Source of the DNA: Nitrososphaeria archaeon
GTDB lineage: Archaea; Thermoproteota; Nitrososphaeria; JACIWG01
Assembly: GCA_963752255.1 (NCBI GenBank)
Contig: CAVVXT010000008.1
Coordinates: 1-15,183, forward strand
Direction: 5' to 3'
DNA: 15,183 nt
The notes below the pieces were generated by a model. The model worked only from the letters and a program-made list of their open reading frames with translations. It made no database searches and had not been told where the DNA came from. Each line of letters starts with the position of its first letter. Position 1 is the first letter of the stretch. This document shows positions 1 through 11,313 of this stretch, piece by piece. The position numbers and the translations under genes were made by a program.

Positions 1-16
1 AACTGTCTGGATATAA

Positions 17-31
17 ATTATCCTTTTATAT
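17..31 (+). promoter_or_regulatory. Putative archaeal TATA box (TTTTATAT) upstream of integrase
   Basis: TTTTATAT at 24-31, about 30 nt before ATG 61, fits the spacing of a short-leader archaeal promoter; motif only. Confidence 0.3.
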
Positions 32-60
32 GTCTTCTGCACATTCGTCATTGTCGAAGC

Positions 61-1467
61 ATGAGCGGAAAAACAGAGGACCAAGCACTGGAGAAATGGT
101 TGTCAAGTCAGCATGGGAGATACAGGCAGAAGTGTGAAGCATCTTTTAACAAATTTCAGGCGTTTCTCAAAGAGAAATATGGACTGAACTTGAATGGAGA
201 CACACTCCTTGCACAGCATGTAGCAAACAGAAAGTCAGAGGATAAGAAGGTAAAATATTTCGTTGATGATTTGATTCCGCCCTTCATGGCGTGGTTGGAG
301 GAGAAAAATGCCCACAACAGTGCTGTCGTTCAAAGTGGTATGGTGAGAGGTTTTTTCAAGTACCACCGTGAACGACTTGAAGTGCAGAGCAGAATTGGCT
401 TTAATGAGACGAAGAAACGATATCATGCGACACCGTGATGAACTTTGTGAAAATGGTTTGAAGTGGTCACGTAAGAAGACGCGCCCTCATCATGTTAGGC
501 GTCCAGCTTGGCATACGAGTGCATGACTTTGTTTCCATGAAACGAGACTTTCTCTTCGAAGTCTATCAGAATGCGAATGGAGAGTTCCCACTAGAGTTTG
601 AGATTGAAACAGAGAAGGAGAAAGTTATCTCCATCGGTCATATGTCAAAAGAAGTCTATGAGGCACTTCAATCCTATTGGGCGACGAAACCAGATTCAGC
701 ATATGCGTTCCCCTCAAATGGTAAAAATATCAGCGACCAGCCGGCAAGTGACATGTTGAAAGCATGCTGGTTACGGGCGTTCCCCGATAGAACAACACAG
801 AAGATTCGATTCCACGAGTTAAGGAGCGTTAGATCTCAACACTCACGAATCTGGGGATCAATCAATGGGCTATTCAAAAAATGACGGGCAAGAAAGTGTC
901 CCAAGACATTAATACCTATTTGACGGGCGTGAATTTCAAAGAACTGTTCATGAAAGCTGAGCAGGTTTTGAATTTAACTCAGGTCATAACCAACAATCAT
1001 GGGGCTATTGAAGAAGTAAAGAAGAATTAGAAGAACAGAAAACTATCTCAAAACGATTAGCGGAAAGTAACATCGAATTTGAAAATAGAATTACTGAGCA
1101 GTCTAAACTAATCAGTGAACTTTCGGATGCTAAGACTAAATTGAAAGAAGAAATACAGGAGAAAATCAGTAGAGAAGAATCAATCAAAATATTCGATGAG
1201 TTAATGAAGGACTATCTCAATGACCCTGAAAAGCTTAAAGTATTTAGCAACTATTTTGCCGAGGCTTCTGTAAATACAGAACTACATCAAGAATATGAAG
1301 ATGAGGTTAAAGATTTCATTTCGACGCATTTGAAAGTGAAACCTGATAAAGTAAAATACTCAATTTTAACGTTCGGTAATGAAGTGTGTATCACCATATT
1401 GGGCTACTGGGTAAACGGGAAATACTGTAAAATTTCTGGGGCTAAAATAACTATTCCACAATCTTAA
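61..1467 (+). CDS. Tyrosine recombinase/integrase with C-terminal coiled-coil and unknown extension (several frameshifts)
   Basis: Joining ORFs 61-438 and 492-884, the frame around 881-1030, and 1024-1467 gives GIRVHD (Arg I), TEKEK (Lys), FHELR (HxxR) and WAIQKMTGKKVSQDINTYL (catalytic Tyr at 917-919), followed by an E/K-rich helical tail. Indels near 430-480, 830 and 1022. Confidence 0.8.
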
Positions 1468-1490
1468 TGGAATGAGTCATTTGAATTAAA

Positions 1491-1965
1491 GGCTTTATAA
1501 AGAATAAAAGACATTCTAAATTTCTACCTTATACACAAATTTTAAATGAAGAATTGAATCCAGAAGATGTTATTTGGAAACGACAAGAGGCAATAGATAT
1601 TTTTGAAATTGCTTTCACTGAAGATTGGAGAGCAAAAGTAGGAGAATATACATTATCTTGTCTTAAAGAATGTTCCAAATTTTGCTTATTTACAATAGTT
1701 AAAAAACAAGATGAAATAGATTCGGAGTCGGAGTTGTTAGATAGTTTATTCAACCTTTGGATGATAAATTCACCAAGACAAGAAGTCCTATTATATATTC
1801 ACTAAAGAAGATGAAAGAGATTTTGAAAAAAGTTGAAAAAAAATTGTTCCTGAAGGCGGTTATGCAGCAGGTGACTCAAGCTTGAAGCTAGGAAGAATAG
1901 ACAAGTTCTACCAACTTTGCAGAGACAAAGCGTGTAAAAAAGGCCTTCTAATCATAATACAGTGA
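1491..1965 (+). CDS. Hypothetical AT-rich protein, frameshifted; possibly a continuation of the integrase tail
   Basis: ORF 1554-1805 is open upstream to about 1485, and an E/K-rich reading continues after shifts to about 1965; no motif recognised. Confidence 0.35.
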
Positions 1966-2146
1966 CTGGAGATGACTATAATAAAGCAATGACAGCTATC
2001 GGACAAACCTTATCAAAATATTGCTTCCCCTAAAGTTGATAGAGAGAACAACGCAGGAGTGCGTGGTAGGGTTCTTACATCACGTCAACAAGTCAACTAG
2101 CTAGCTAATTTTTCCTTTTTAAATCAATTGTCTAATTTCTTTTCTT

Positions 2147-2260
2147 TTAGATGGTGTCGGAGATTACTATTATTTTACCTTTATTTTTAATGAACTCATC
2201 CAATTGTTTTTCTTGTTTCCTTTCCTGTCTCCTACCTTGAAAACCTTTGCCTTCAGTCAT
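2147..2260 (-). CDS. Possible 37-aa small protein (MTEGKGFQGRRQERKQEKQLDEFIKNKGKIIVISDTI)
   Basis: Manual translation; purine-rich coding-like strand with AGGTA upstream; no family recognised. Confidence 0.2.
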   Translation of the reverse strand: MTEGKGFQGRRQERKQEKQLDEFIKNKGKIIVISDTI

Positions 2261-2416
2261 TTACATTACCTGGTGAATTCGCTTTCTGGGACCTGGTAAT
2301 AAAAGCTCGTTGGTGACAGGTCAGGGATGTTAGTTCATATAATAAAATTAAGTGAAAAGTAATTGGAAATCTTTCTTAACCACTCACAAAACCAAATAGT
2401 TAAAACAGTTACTAGG

Positions 2417-3151
2417 CTATTTGCTTCTGGAGATACGTAGTACTATGTCCAGGGGGAAGTCAAAATTGTCTTGCAACTTTCCTTTCCATGCGTCTCCGAC
2501 AGATATGAGCGCGTAGACTCCTGCTACATCGGCTCTTGACTTGGTTACGAGGTTTATCATCGCCTGCTGTGTCTCCCCAGTCTTTATAATGTCATCAGTT
2601 ATCAGAACGCTGTCCCTTTCTTTATAAGCACCTCTTGGGATGTAGAAAGACATAATCATATCCGAGTTTGCGGGGATGAACGTCTCTTCGATGAAGTCTC
2701 GTATTCCCACTTCCTTGGTTTTCTTCGCTATTATCAACTCAACTCCTAAAGCATCGGACATTAAGGTCGATAGAGGTATGCCGTCTATGGCCGCTGTCAT
2801 GATCTTCGTTATCCGTCTCCCAGCGAATTTGGAGAAGGCGTATTGGACCGCCTGTTGTAGAAGCGAGGTGTCGTATATTATGGATGTGTTATCAAATGTA
2901 CCGAACTCATCAAACTTTATTCGCCGCCTGAGCTCATCCTCCAAACCAACAATCGATTCAAGCGTCTTCCATATCTTCTTTGTTCTAATTGAGCTTGGTA
3001 GGACATGGCCTTTCACGTAGCGGCTTAGCACAGTCACCGGAAGACCTGTCTTGGAAGATAGCTCCCGATAAGTAAGCCTCTTCTTCGCAGTCTTAAGAAG
3101 ATTTATCGTCATAAGCCTGAACTTCAGATCGCTAAGATGCGTCTCGCTCAA
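2417..3151 (-). CDS. HTH-containing purine phosphoribosyltransferase family protein (PurR/Apt-like)
   Basis: Intact 244 aa; N-terminal HTH (LTYRELSSKTGLPVTVLSRY) and type I PRTase PRPP-binding loop VLITDDIIKTGETQ. Confidence 0.9.
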   Translation of the reverse strand: MSETHLSDLKFRLMTINLLKTAKKRLTYRELSSKTGLPVTVLSRYVKGHVLPSSIRTKKIWKTLESIVGLEDELRRRIKFDEFGTFDNTSIIYDTSLLQQAVQYAFSKFAGRRITKIMTAAIDGIPLSTLMSDALGVELIIAKKTKEVGIRDFIEETFIPANSDMIMSFYIPRGAYKERDSVLITDDIIKTGETQQAMINLVTKSRADVAGVYALISVGDAWKGKLQDNFDFPLDIVLRISRSK

Positions 3152-3362
3152 TCTACTTCCTTGCTTGAATCCTAATACTATTACCCTTCTTTAGTTCTCT
3201 CCTCAAACGCACACTTCTCATAAACAAGAATTGCAATGTCGTACTATTCATTTTCAATCTTCCTGACAAGTTTCCAGATTCATGGACGAGCCTCAATTAA
3301 GGCTTGGAAGAAAAGGCAGTGTCAGTCATAAACCAGCTTCAACAAGAGGGATTGATTCCACA

Positions 3363-3493
3363 CCCAATTTTGTCATAGATCTCCTTCAGCCTTTTTAGGC
3401 GAGTAGTCCGTGTAGTGTCTTGCAAGCACGGACTTCGGCATCCTGCCGCACAAGGCATCTACGTACTTGTCCTGAACGCAAGTCGGCCATCAT
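3363..3493 (-). pseudogene. C-terminal remnant of a second archaeal tyrosine integrase
   Basis: Manual translation with 2 shifts gives MADL/VQDKYVDALCGRMPKSVLARHYTDYSPK/RLKEIYDKIG, matching the GR..SVLARHY(T)D catalytic-Tyr box of archaeal integrases. Confidence 0.7.
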
Positions 3494-3517
3494 AATAAAA
3501 ATTATTAGTTATTACAT

Positions 3518-4447
3518 CTAAACTTCCAGCTTAAGCACCTTTCTAAGGCCCTTGTAGCGGTTTCTAACGGTGACTTCTGTTACGAAAGCGGCTTCAGCGA
3601 TCTCTTTCTGAGTCTTCTTCTCGCCCTCTATTACACACGCTATGTATAAGGCGGCTGCTGCAATGCCCATCGGGTCTTTTCCAGCTATCGCCTTCTTCTC
3701 CTCAGCCTTGCGCAGCACATTGATGGCTGTCTGCTGCGTCTTCTCGTTAACGCCGATCTTGGAGCCGATCTTGGAGACGCATCCAATGGGGTTGGCCATA
3801 GGCATCTTGATCTCAAGCTCTCTCAACAAGAGCCGGTAGCACCGAGCCACGTCTTTCTTCTTCACGAGGCTGGCTTCCGCCACCTCTTTCAGCGTTCTCG
3901 GGGTCTGGGTGAACCGGCAGGCCGCGTATAGGGAAGCTCCTGCGATCGCAAGGATTGAGCGTCCTCGTACAAGGCCTTTGTCAAGAGCCTTCCGGTAGGT
4001 GAGAGCTGCCTGCTCCTTAACTGAAGGCGGAATCCTGATCTTATCTGCCAGACGGTCAAGCTCCGCCATCGCCTGAGCCAAGTTTCGGTCAACTGAGGAA
4101 TGAACCCTGGCTCTGATATGCCATTTCCTCAGCCGGAGCATCTGAAGACTTGTAGCTGCTGGAAGTGCTCTGCCGAAAGCATCTCTATTAACCCTGTCAA
4201 TGACGGTGGAAAGCCCCTTATCATGGACAGAGAGAGAAGTCGGCGATCCAACACGGCTCCTGTCTTCCTTCTCTTCTTGGGTGAAGGCTCTCCACTCAGG
4301 GCCTTCATTTACTACATTCTCACGAACCACTAAACCACAATTACCGCAGATGATTTCACCCATATCGTAATCTTCAACAAGGTTATTGCTACCACATTCA
4401 GGACAGTGAGTGGTGCTTAAACTATGTCTAAGGATTCCCGTAACCAT
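3518..4447 (-). CDS. tfb: Transcription initiation factor IIB (TFB)
   Basis: Intact 309 aa; Zn ribbon CPECGS...CGNCG, B-reader GPEWRAF, two cyclin repeats, C-terminal VTEVTVRNRYK. Confidence 0.97.
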   Translation of the reverse strand: MVTGILRHSLSTTHCPECGSNNLVEDYDMGEIICGNCGLVVRENVVNEGPEWRAFTQEEKEDRSRVGSPTSLSVHDKGLSTVIDRVNRDAFGRALPAATSLQMLRLRKWHIRARVHSSVDRNLAQAMAELDRLADKIRIPPSVKEQAALTYRKALDKGLVRGRSILAIAGASLYAACRFTQTPRTLKEVAEASLVKKKDVARCYRLLLRELEIKMPMANPIGCVSKIGSKIGVNEKTQQTAINVLRKAEEKKAIAGKDPMGIAAAALYIACVIEGEKKTQKEIAEAAFVTEVTVRNRYKGLRKVLKLEV

Positions 4448-4631
4448 AATATTTTCCTCTTACAACAACCAGAAATATATACACCCCTTACAATGTGAGG
4501 TGTCAGAAAAATTCTTTATAGATTGCTTAGAATTCTTCTAATAATTCCGGTCTCCATTTCGGAGAGAATCATTATATCATAAAATCTCAGTGCTTATAAG
4601 TATGACCTTCATGCTTATGCTTTATATCAGG

Positions 4632-4931
4632 TTATTTTGATTTAATTTGCTGTATCGGTGACTTAAGGTAATGTTTTCGGAAAACCCTGCTTGCAAAACT
4701 AGAAGCTGAGACGCCGATTCCGCAGTCATATCGTTTGTGAATTTCGAGAATCTATTGGGCTAACTCGTATTCGGCTTTAATCTCATCGAAACAATAAAGG
4801 TATAGAATTTGCCATTCTCTTCTATCTTTAGGTGATCTGCCTTCATTGACAAGGTTGTTCCAGACATTATAAAAGTCCTCATAAAAGATCTCGGATACTA
4901 GCACTCTCTTATCTTCAGGAACACCAGACAT
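4632..4931 (-). pseudogene. Fragment resembling the ExoIII/linker region of a mobile-element family B DNA polymerase
   Basis: 100-codon frame with one internal TAG (4752-4754): ...GRSPKDRREWQILYLYCFDEIKAEYELAQ*ILEIHKRYDCGIGVSASSFASRVFRKHYLKSPI; the S..S.AS.vFRK.YL segment recalls protein-primed-type PolB. Confidence 0.45.
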
Positions 4932-4999
4932 CAGAAGTATCCCCTGCTCGGAAGCCAGATTACCGAAGATGTCTTGAACAGGTCCAAGAACTTCTCCAA

Positions 5000-5113
5000 C
5001 CCCTCATCACGATGGATCCAGATGCTTATGTGGAAGATGCGGTGAAGACGATGGCAGCCAATGGGATTCGCCGACCCGTCGTGGGATCTATTCACGCATT
5101 TCAACGAGTTTGA
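5000..5113 (+). pseudogene. CBS-domain fragment
   Basis: PLITMDPDAYVEDAVKTMAANGIRRPVV matches the CBS consensus (PLIT+.PD..+.+A++.M....IRRLPVV); no convincing start or second half. Confidence 0.6.
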
Positions 5114-5452
5114 GGACCGCGCAGTTATGGATGTCGTTCGAAATATGACCGTTTTTTAAAAGATAACTCTACGCTACACATCGAAAGCTGGTCTAAACTT
5201 CGCCTTCGTTATCTTGGCTGAAATAAAATCCTTAAAATCCCTAAGAATCATCAGAACCTCTCAATGAATATTATTATGGTAAATGATAAAAGATTTTATT
5301 CACGACGGGGTTGTTAGAATTTATAGGTATCTAACCTAGACATCTAGTATCGCAAAACATCTAGACCAGCAGATATCATTGTATTTTAACAGTCACATAT
5401 TTTTATTAATGTTTGAAAGGTAATCTAGGTGTTAAGTGGGAGGTGAAGAAAT

Positions 5453-5614
5453 ATGGCGAAGGCGAAGAAGGGCGATAGATATCAGTGTGATGAATGCGGC
5501 GTTGTTATGGTTGTTGACGAAGAGTGTGGATGTGACGAATGCGAAGTTATATGTTGTGGTGCTCCAATGAAGAAGGTTGAAAAATCGGCAGCAAAACCGA
5601 AGGCTAAAAAATAG
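5453..5614 (+). CDS. 53-aa desulforedoxin-like Cys-rich metal-binding protein
   Basis: MAKAKKGDRYQCDECGVVMVVDEECGCDECEVICCGAPMKKVEKSAAKPKAKK; strong SD GGGAGGTGA (5438-5446); YxCxxCG...CCGxPM is the desulforedoxin signature; T-rich tract downstream. Confidence 0.85.
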   Translation: MAKAKKGDRYQCDECGVVMVVDEECGCDECEVICCGAPMKKVEKSAAKPKAKK

Positions 5615-5658
5615 TAAGAGCTAAGGGCTGTTTTAATTAGCAGATCTAATTTCATTTC

Positions 5659-5686
5659 ATCCCTTTTTTCTATCCTTTTTTCTATT
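5659..5686 (+). terminator. Archaeal oligo-T terminator (tandem ATCC(C)TTTTTTCT)
   Basis: Two T6 runs about 45 nt after the stop of the small Cys protein. Confidence 0.5.
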
Positions 5687-5822
5687 ACGACACTTTTTCA
5701 ATCTAAGATTAAACTAAATTACATGAGAAACTAATTTCAGGATTAACTTGGCATTGTGATATAGACACAGCCAAAGTTGAAGACGGTGCTCACTGATCCG
5801 CAAAATTCACTTTGTTAAAGCT

Positions 5823-6584
5823 TCAGGCTCCTTTGAGTGGGCTCGATGTGCATAGTCCTGCGTATTCACAGCTAGTGCATTTCCCAGGCCTGCTCGTAGA
5901 ATTGGTTCTCTCTTCCTCAGCCAATAGTCCAATGCCCACCCTACCTTGTCTTCAACGAAGTTTCTGTCGAAGGGTTCTAACCGCATCCTGCAACTCCTCT
6001 TAATTGCAAAGTCTTTCGTATCTCCTTCAATGATAGCTCTAAACAGGTCATGATAAAAGCTCACTCTGTCAACTTCTCCTTGTTGCTTAATGCTTGCAAC
6101 CGCAACATTCAGCTTCGAGCAGTCAAACCTCATCTCATCCAGTAGGAAAGCGTAGATCTGAGCCTGCAACCAACTATCAAACCAAACATTTGGCTTGCCC
6201 GATGTAGTCTTTAGCTCCATTACATACAAAGGCTTTGAAGCAGAGAAAGCAACAGTATCAGGCTTCCCTATGATAGCAACATCCTTGAAGTTACCGATTA
6301 AAGGCATAGATGCAAATGTAAATTTTCTTTGTTTTATTGTTTTGATTAAGGTTTCCAGATCTATTGGTTCTAGCTGAATCAACTCTTCATGGAGCCTGGA
6401 GCCGATGTTTTTCTCTTTTTTCTCCACTTCGCCATGGATGTGTTTTTATTCAACTTTCATCTCGCAGTAGTATTGATTCGCTAATTCTGAAGCATTAACA
6501 TAAGAAAGGTTGTGCCTAAGGTTGGCCTTCCTTTTTAATGTGGTGAGTTTCCGTTGTCCTTCTGAAATGTTCTTCCCAACTCAA
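5823..6584 (-). CDS. Cas4/Exo5-like PD-(D/E)XK nuclease with a four-Cys Fe-S staple (disrupted by shifts and one stop)
   Basis: Upstream of ORF 5807-6427: TTG start with GAGG, then NASELANQYYCEMK and an in-frame TAA at 6446-6448. Core: GSRLHEEL, GKPD, VMELKT, QAQIY. After a shift near 5900: PGKCTSCEYAGLC (CxxCx5C), then stop at 5823. Confidence 0.8.
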
Positions 6585-6653
6585 TTCTTGTTCCTCAGAT
6601 TTTCGAATACTAGAATTTTTAGCTACGAAAGGTGTGATTTAGTTCTTCAGAGA

Positions 6654-7246
6654 TTAGGGAGACGACCAGAAGCGATTTATTTCCATTTTGCTCATTCTTT
6701 TTCTCAGTTCTTTATCCAGATATTCAGTGAAGATTATGTCCTCTTTAATGTGACTCTCAATCTTGGTGTAGTTCTTACTCTCATAAAGTGTAAGAACTTC
6801 TTTGCCTGTACACTCTGGACATGGCAATCTTAGCTTTCTAGCAAGGGATTGAGCACTTAGACCACCAAATCTGAAGTCATTACACGACAGCAAACAATGC
6901 ATTAAGTCTATAACATATGTGTTGTTGTGGAAAAGGTCAAGTAAATTCTCGGCTTTGTCAATATGGTTCTGAGTCCCTCTATTAATCAGAAAGGGTATAT
7001 CGAAACGGAGAATGTTAAAGCCAACAAGCTCTACACTGCCTTGCTGTTTCTGTTGTTTCCTTATGTTTCGAAAGAAGTCTGTTAGGATTGATGCTTCATC
7101 AGAATCCCATTCTTTAGAACTTTCGTTCTACCTTTCGTACCCTTGTATGCAATAGTAATTACTTTGCCAGCAAAGAAGGGGCTCTTTGGATTGTATGTCT
7201 CAATGTCGAAATATATTCTGTATGCACTCAAGGATTTCAGCTCCAT
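6654..7246 (-). CDS. DEDD/DnaQ-like (RNase H fold) 3'-5' exonuclease, one frameshift near 7112
   Basis: Joining ORFs 7082-7309 and 6654-6902 gives ExoI YFDIET, ExoII LVGFNILRFDIPFL and ExoIII-like HIKEDI; start could alternatively be 7309. Confidence 0.8.
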
Positions 7247-7403
7247 TAGGTAACTTTCTAAAACCGATAATGGATAATAGAATAAGAACTCAAAATCCTT
7301 CTTATACATAGCTAAAGATGACTTAAATGTTCATTAAATTGGCCTAGCCTAGGGCGTCCGAAGCCTTTGAGTTACTTCCAACTAACCTCAATAAAAATCG
7401 ATC

Positions 7404-7520
7404 TCTCTCGTAGATAAGCCAGTCTTATTTCTATTGCGGTTCCCTTTTTCGGAGATCCTCCAAAACTATTTTCCTTATCTCAGTCATGCTAATCTTTTCC
7501 TTGACCTTGCTTTGAATATT
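7404..7520 (-). pseudogene. Possible ATP-cone domain C-terminal fragment
   Basis: NIQSKVKEKISMTEIRKIVLEDLRKREPQ*K*DWLIYER resembles the IST.EIR..V.E.L end of stand-alone archaeal ATP-cone proteins; two internal stops. Confidence 0.4.
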
Positions 7521-8039
7521 CTTCAAAGGAGAAGAGAGTTCCATCATCCTCCTCAGCAGTTCTTCGCTTTCATCAATCCATCTATCAGACAACTAAATGC
7601 AAGAACCTTATCGGCCTTTTCTCCGGATACCGTGGCGATCCAACTCTGCCCCATAGTTTCAACGACTTCAAGCTAGCTATTAACATTATTGGCTTAGAGA
7701 TTTCTTGGAGAAACTGCTAATAGGAATGTAATTAATTGCGTATCTAAAGGACAATACTCTTCCTTTTTCTACGAGCAGTTCTATTCGAATATATTTATAA
7801 GTGATGCCGTAAGTTGAAAAGAAATGTTCGACTTGCGAAGAGACCCATTATAGCGATTGCTGAAGACGTGCGTTCGAAGACTACCGTTAACGGTCAAAGA
7901 GGAGATAGTTGAGACTCATTACCTCCTCTGACATAACCAAATCAATATAATAACTCAACATTCCTATTGTCAAGCTGAAAGGTCTTTATTCTTCAAGTCA
8001 TGCGGGATCACGCCCTATTTTAGGAGGAAGGCGCAAAGA

Positions 8040-8294
8040 ATGACCGAAATAGGAAGCTCCATCTATATGAAAAGATTCGTTGAAATCTCTCGAATAGGAA
8101 AGGCTTGCCAAGTCTTCACAAGAGGCGTTGAAGAGGGAGTTCTCACCTTCATAGAGTTTAGAGCGGCCTGTAGGCTCCTAAGTACGCTAATAGGATCCGT
8201 CGATAGTGATGCTGGGGATCTATGCCTCCTAGCAAGCCACGCTGAAAACCTGGAACAGTTCAAGCCTGTCTGCAGGATGAGTTCCCAAAGCTGA
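8040..8294 (+). CDS. Hypothetical protein
   Basis: 84-aa ORF with AGGAGG upstream (8022-8027); no motif recognised. Confidence 0.3.
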   Translation: MTEIGSSIYMKRFVEISRIGKACQVFTRGVEEGVLTFIEFRAACRLLSTLIGSVDSDAGDLCLLASHAENLEQFKPVCRMSSQS

Positions 8295-8370
8295 AAAACA
8301 GGGGAAAGCCGCAAATGAGTACAGCCTTCATCTAAGAGAAATCGCGTAGGTAAAGCATCGAGGGAGATCC

Positions 8371-8629
8371 ATGCTTAGTCCAGAAGAGATGGCTAAGAGA
8401 CATAGGCTATTACAGCTTGATAGGTGCCCGGAATGTGGAAGTAAAGACCATGTGACAGATAGGAACTCTGGTGAGATCATCTGCGGTAGATGCGGATTGG
8501 TTATCAGAGATCTGATGTTCGACTAAGGGCCCTGAGTGGAGAGCCTTCACGCATGAGGAGAGGGAAGATAGGAGTCGCGCTGGCTCTGGGGTTTGCTTCA
8601 AACTGTTAAAGTGGAGATCGAATATTTGA
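8371..8629 (+). pseudogene. Truncated TFB paralog (Zn ribbon plus B-reader only)
   Basis: MLSPEEMAKRHRLLQLDRCPECGSKDHVTDRNSGEIICGRCGLVIRDLMFD, then +1 nt at about 8524, then KGPEWRAFTHEEREDRSRAGS and unrelated sequence to the stop; GGGAG upstream. Confidence 0.8.
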
Positions 8630-8793
8630 GGAAAGAAAGGGTATTTAGTAAATGAATTGCAGGTTTGAAAAGTTTTTGCGGAGGATTCCCGAACAACTGC
8701 CGAGGGTGCAGCTGCTTGGGTTGTTGGGATGACTGCAGAATCGTGGTGGAAGAGAAACTCGTCAGTTGCAAGAAGGGCAAAGGGAAATTTAGG

Positions 8794-8853
8794 CTGAGCA
8801 GTCGCAAGTCCGACCGTAGGAATATCTTCAAGCTTCTTGATGGAGTCTGTCAT
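8794..8853 (-). pseudogene. RadA-like N-terminal helix-hairpin-helix fragment
   Basis: MTDSIKKLEDIPTVGLATAQ resembles the RadA N-terminus LEDLPGVGPATA(Q/E)K; similarity stops after 20 codons. Confidence 0.35.
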
Positions 8854-8898
8854 CTAGCAGATCCTAGTGCGGCGCGCGCTATTAGAAGGATGGTTTGA

Positions 8899-11137
<2,239 letters not shown>

Positions 11138-11313
11138 GAGTAAAACTAGAACGCGACCAAGGGCAGGCTTCCCCGACTTTCCCTTTTCTGCCTTCCACTT
11201 CTCTCTGGATAGGAATCCGCAGGCCATTGATGCTAGTGAAGATTGTAAAGATGAAGTGTGCTGGTGTTGGCAAGATGAGGGATCAAAACAGCGATCGAAG
11301 AGGCTGATAAACA

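Noticed and set aside
2000-2416. tRNA or att site downstream of the integrase
   Set aside because: No cloverleaf or T-arm GTTCRA motif; only a weak imperfect inverted repeat at 2265-2300.
2676-4333. Plus-strand and alternate-frame ORFs overlapping the PRTase and tfb
   Set aside because: Shadow ORFs with no motifs, fully overlapping confident genes.
6806-6824. CPEC in the DEDD exonuclease as a Zn finger
   Set aside because: Only one CxxC pair, located in a normal DEDD loop, with no clear partner pair.
7883-7894. Perfect 12-bp palindrome ACCGTTAACGGT
   Set aside because: Single occurrence with no clear promoter context; chance is plausible.
5600-8000. CRISPR array or cas operon near the Cas4-like gene
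   Set aside because: No regularly spaced 25-40 bp repeats and no cas1/cas2-like ORFs seen.
8665-8898. Cys-rich 77-aa ORF (CRGCSCLGCWDDC) abutting the cdc48 start
   Set aside because: Cys spacing matches no motif I recognise, there is no clear SD, and it overlaps the RadA-like fragment on the other strand; not excluded but unsupported.
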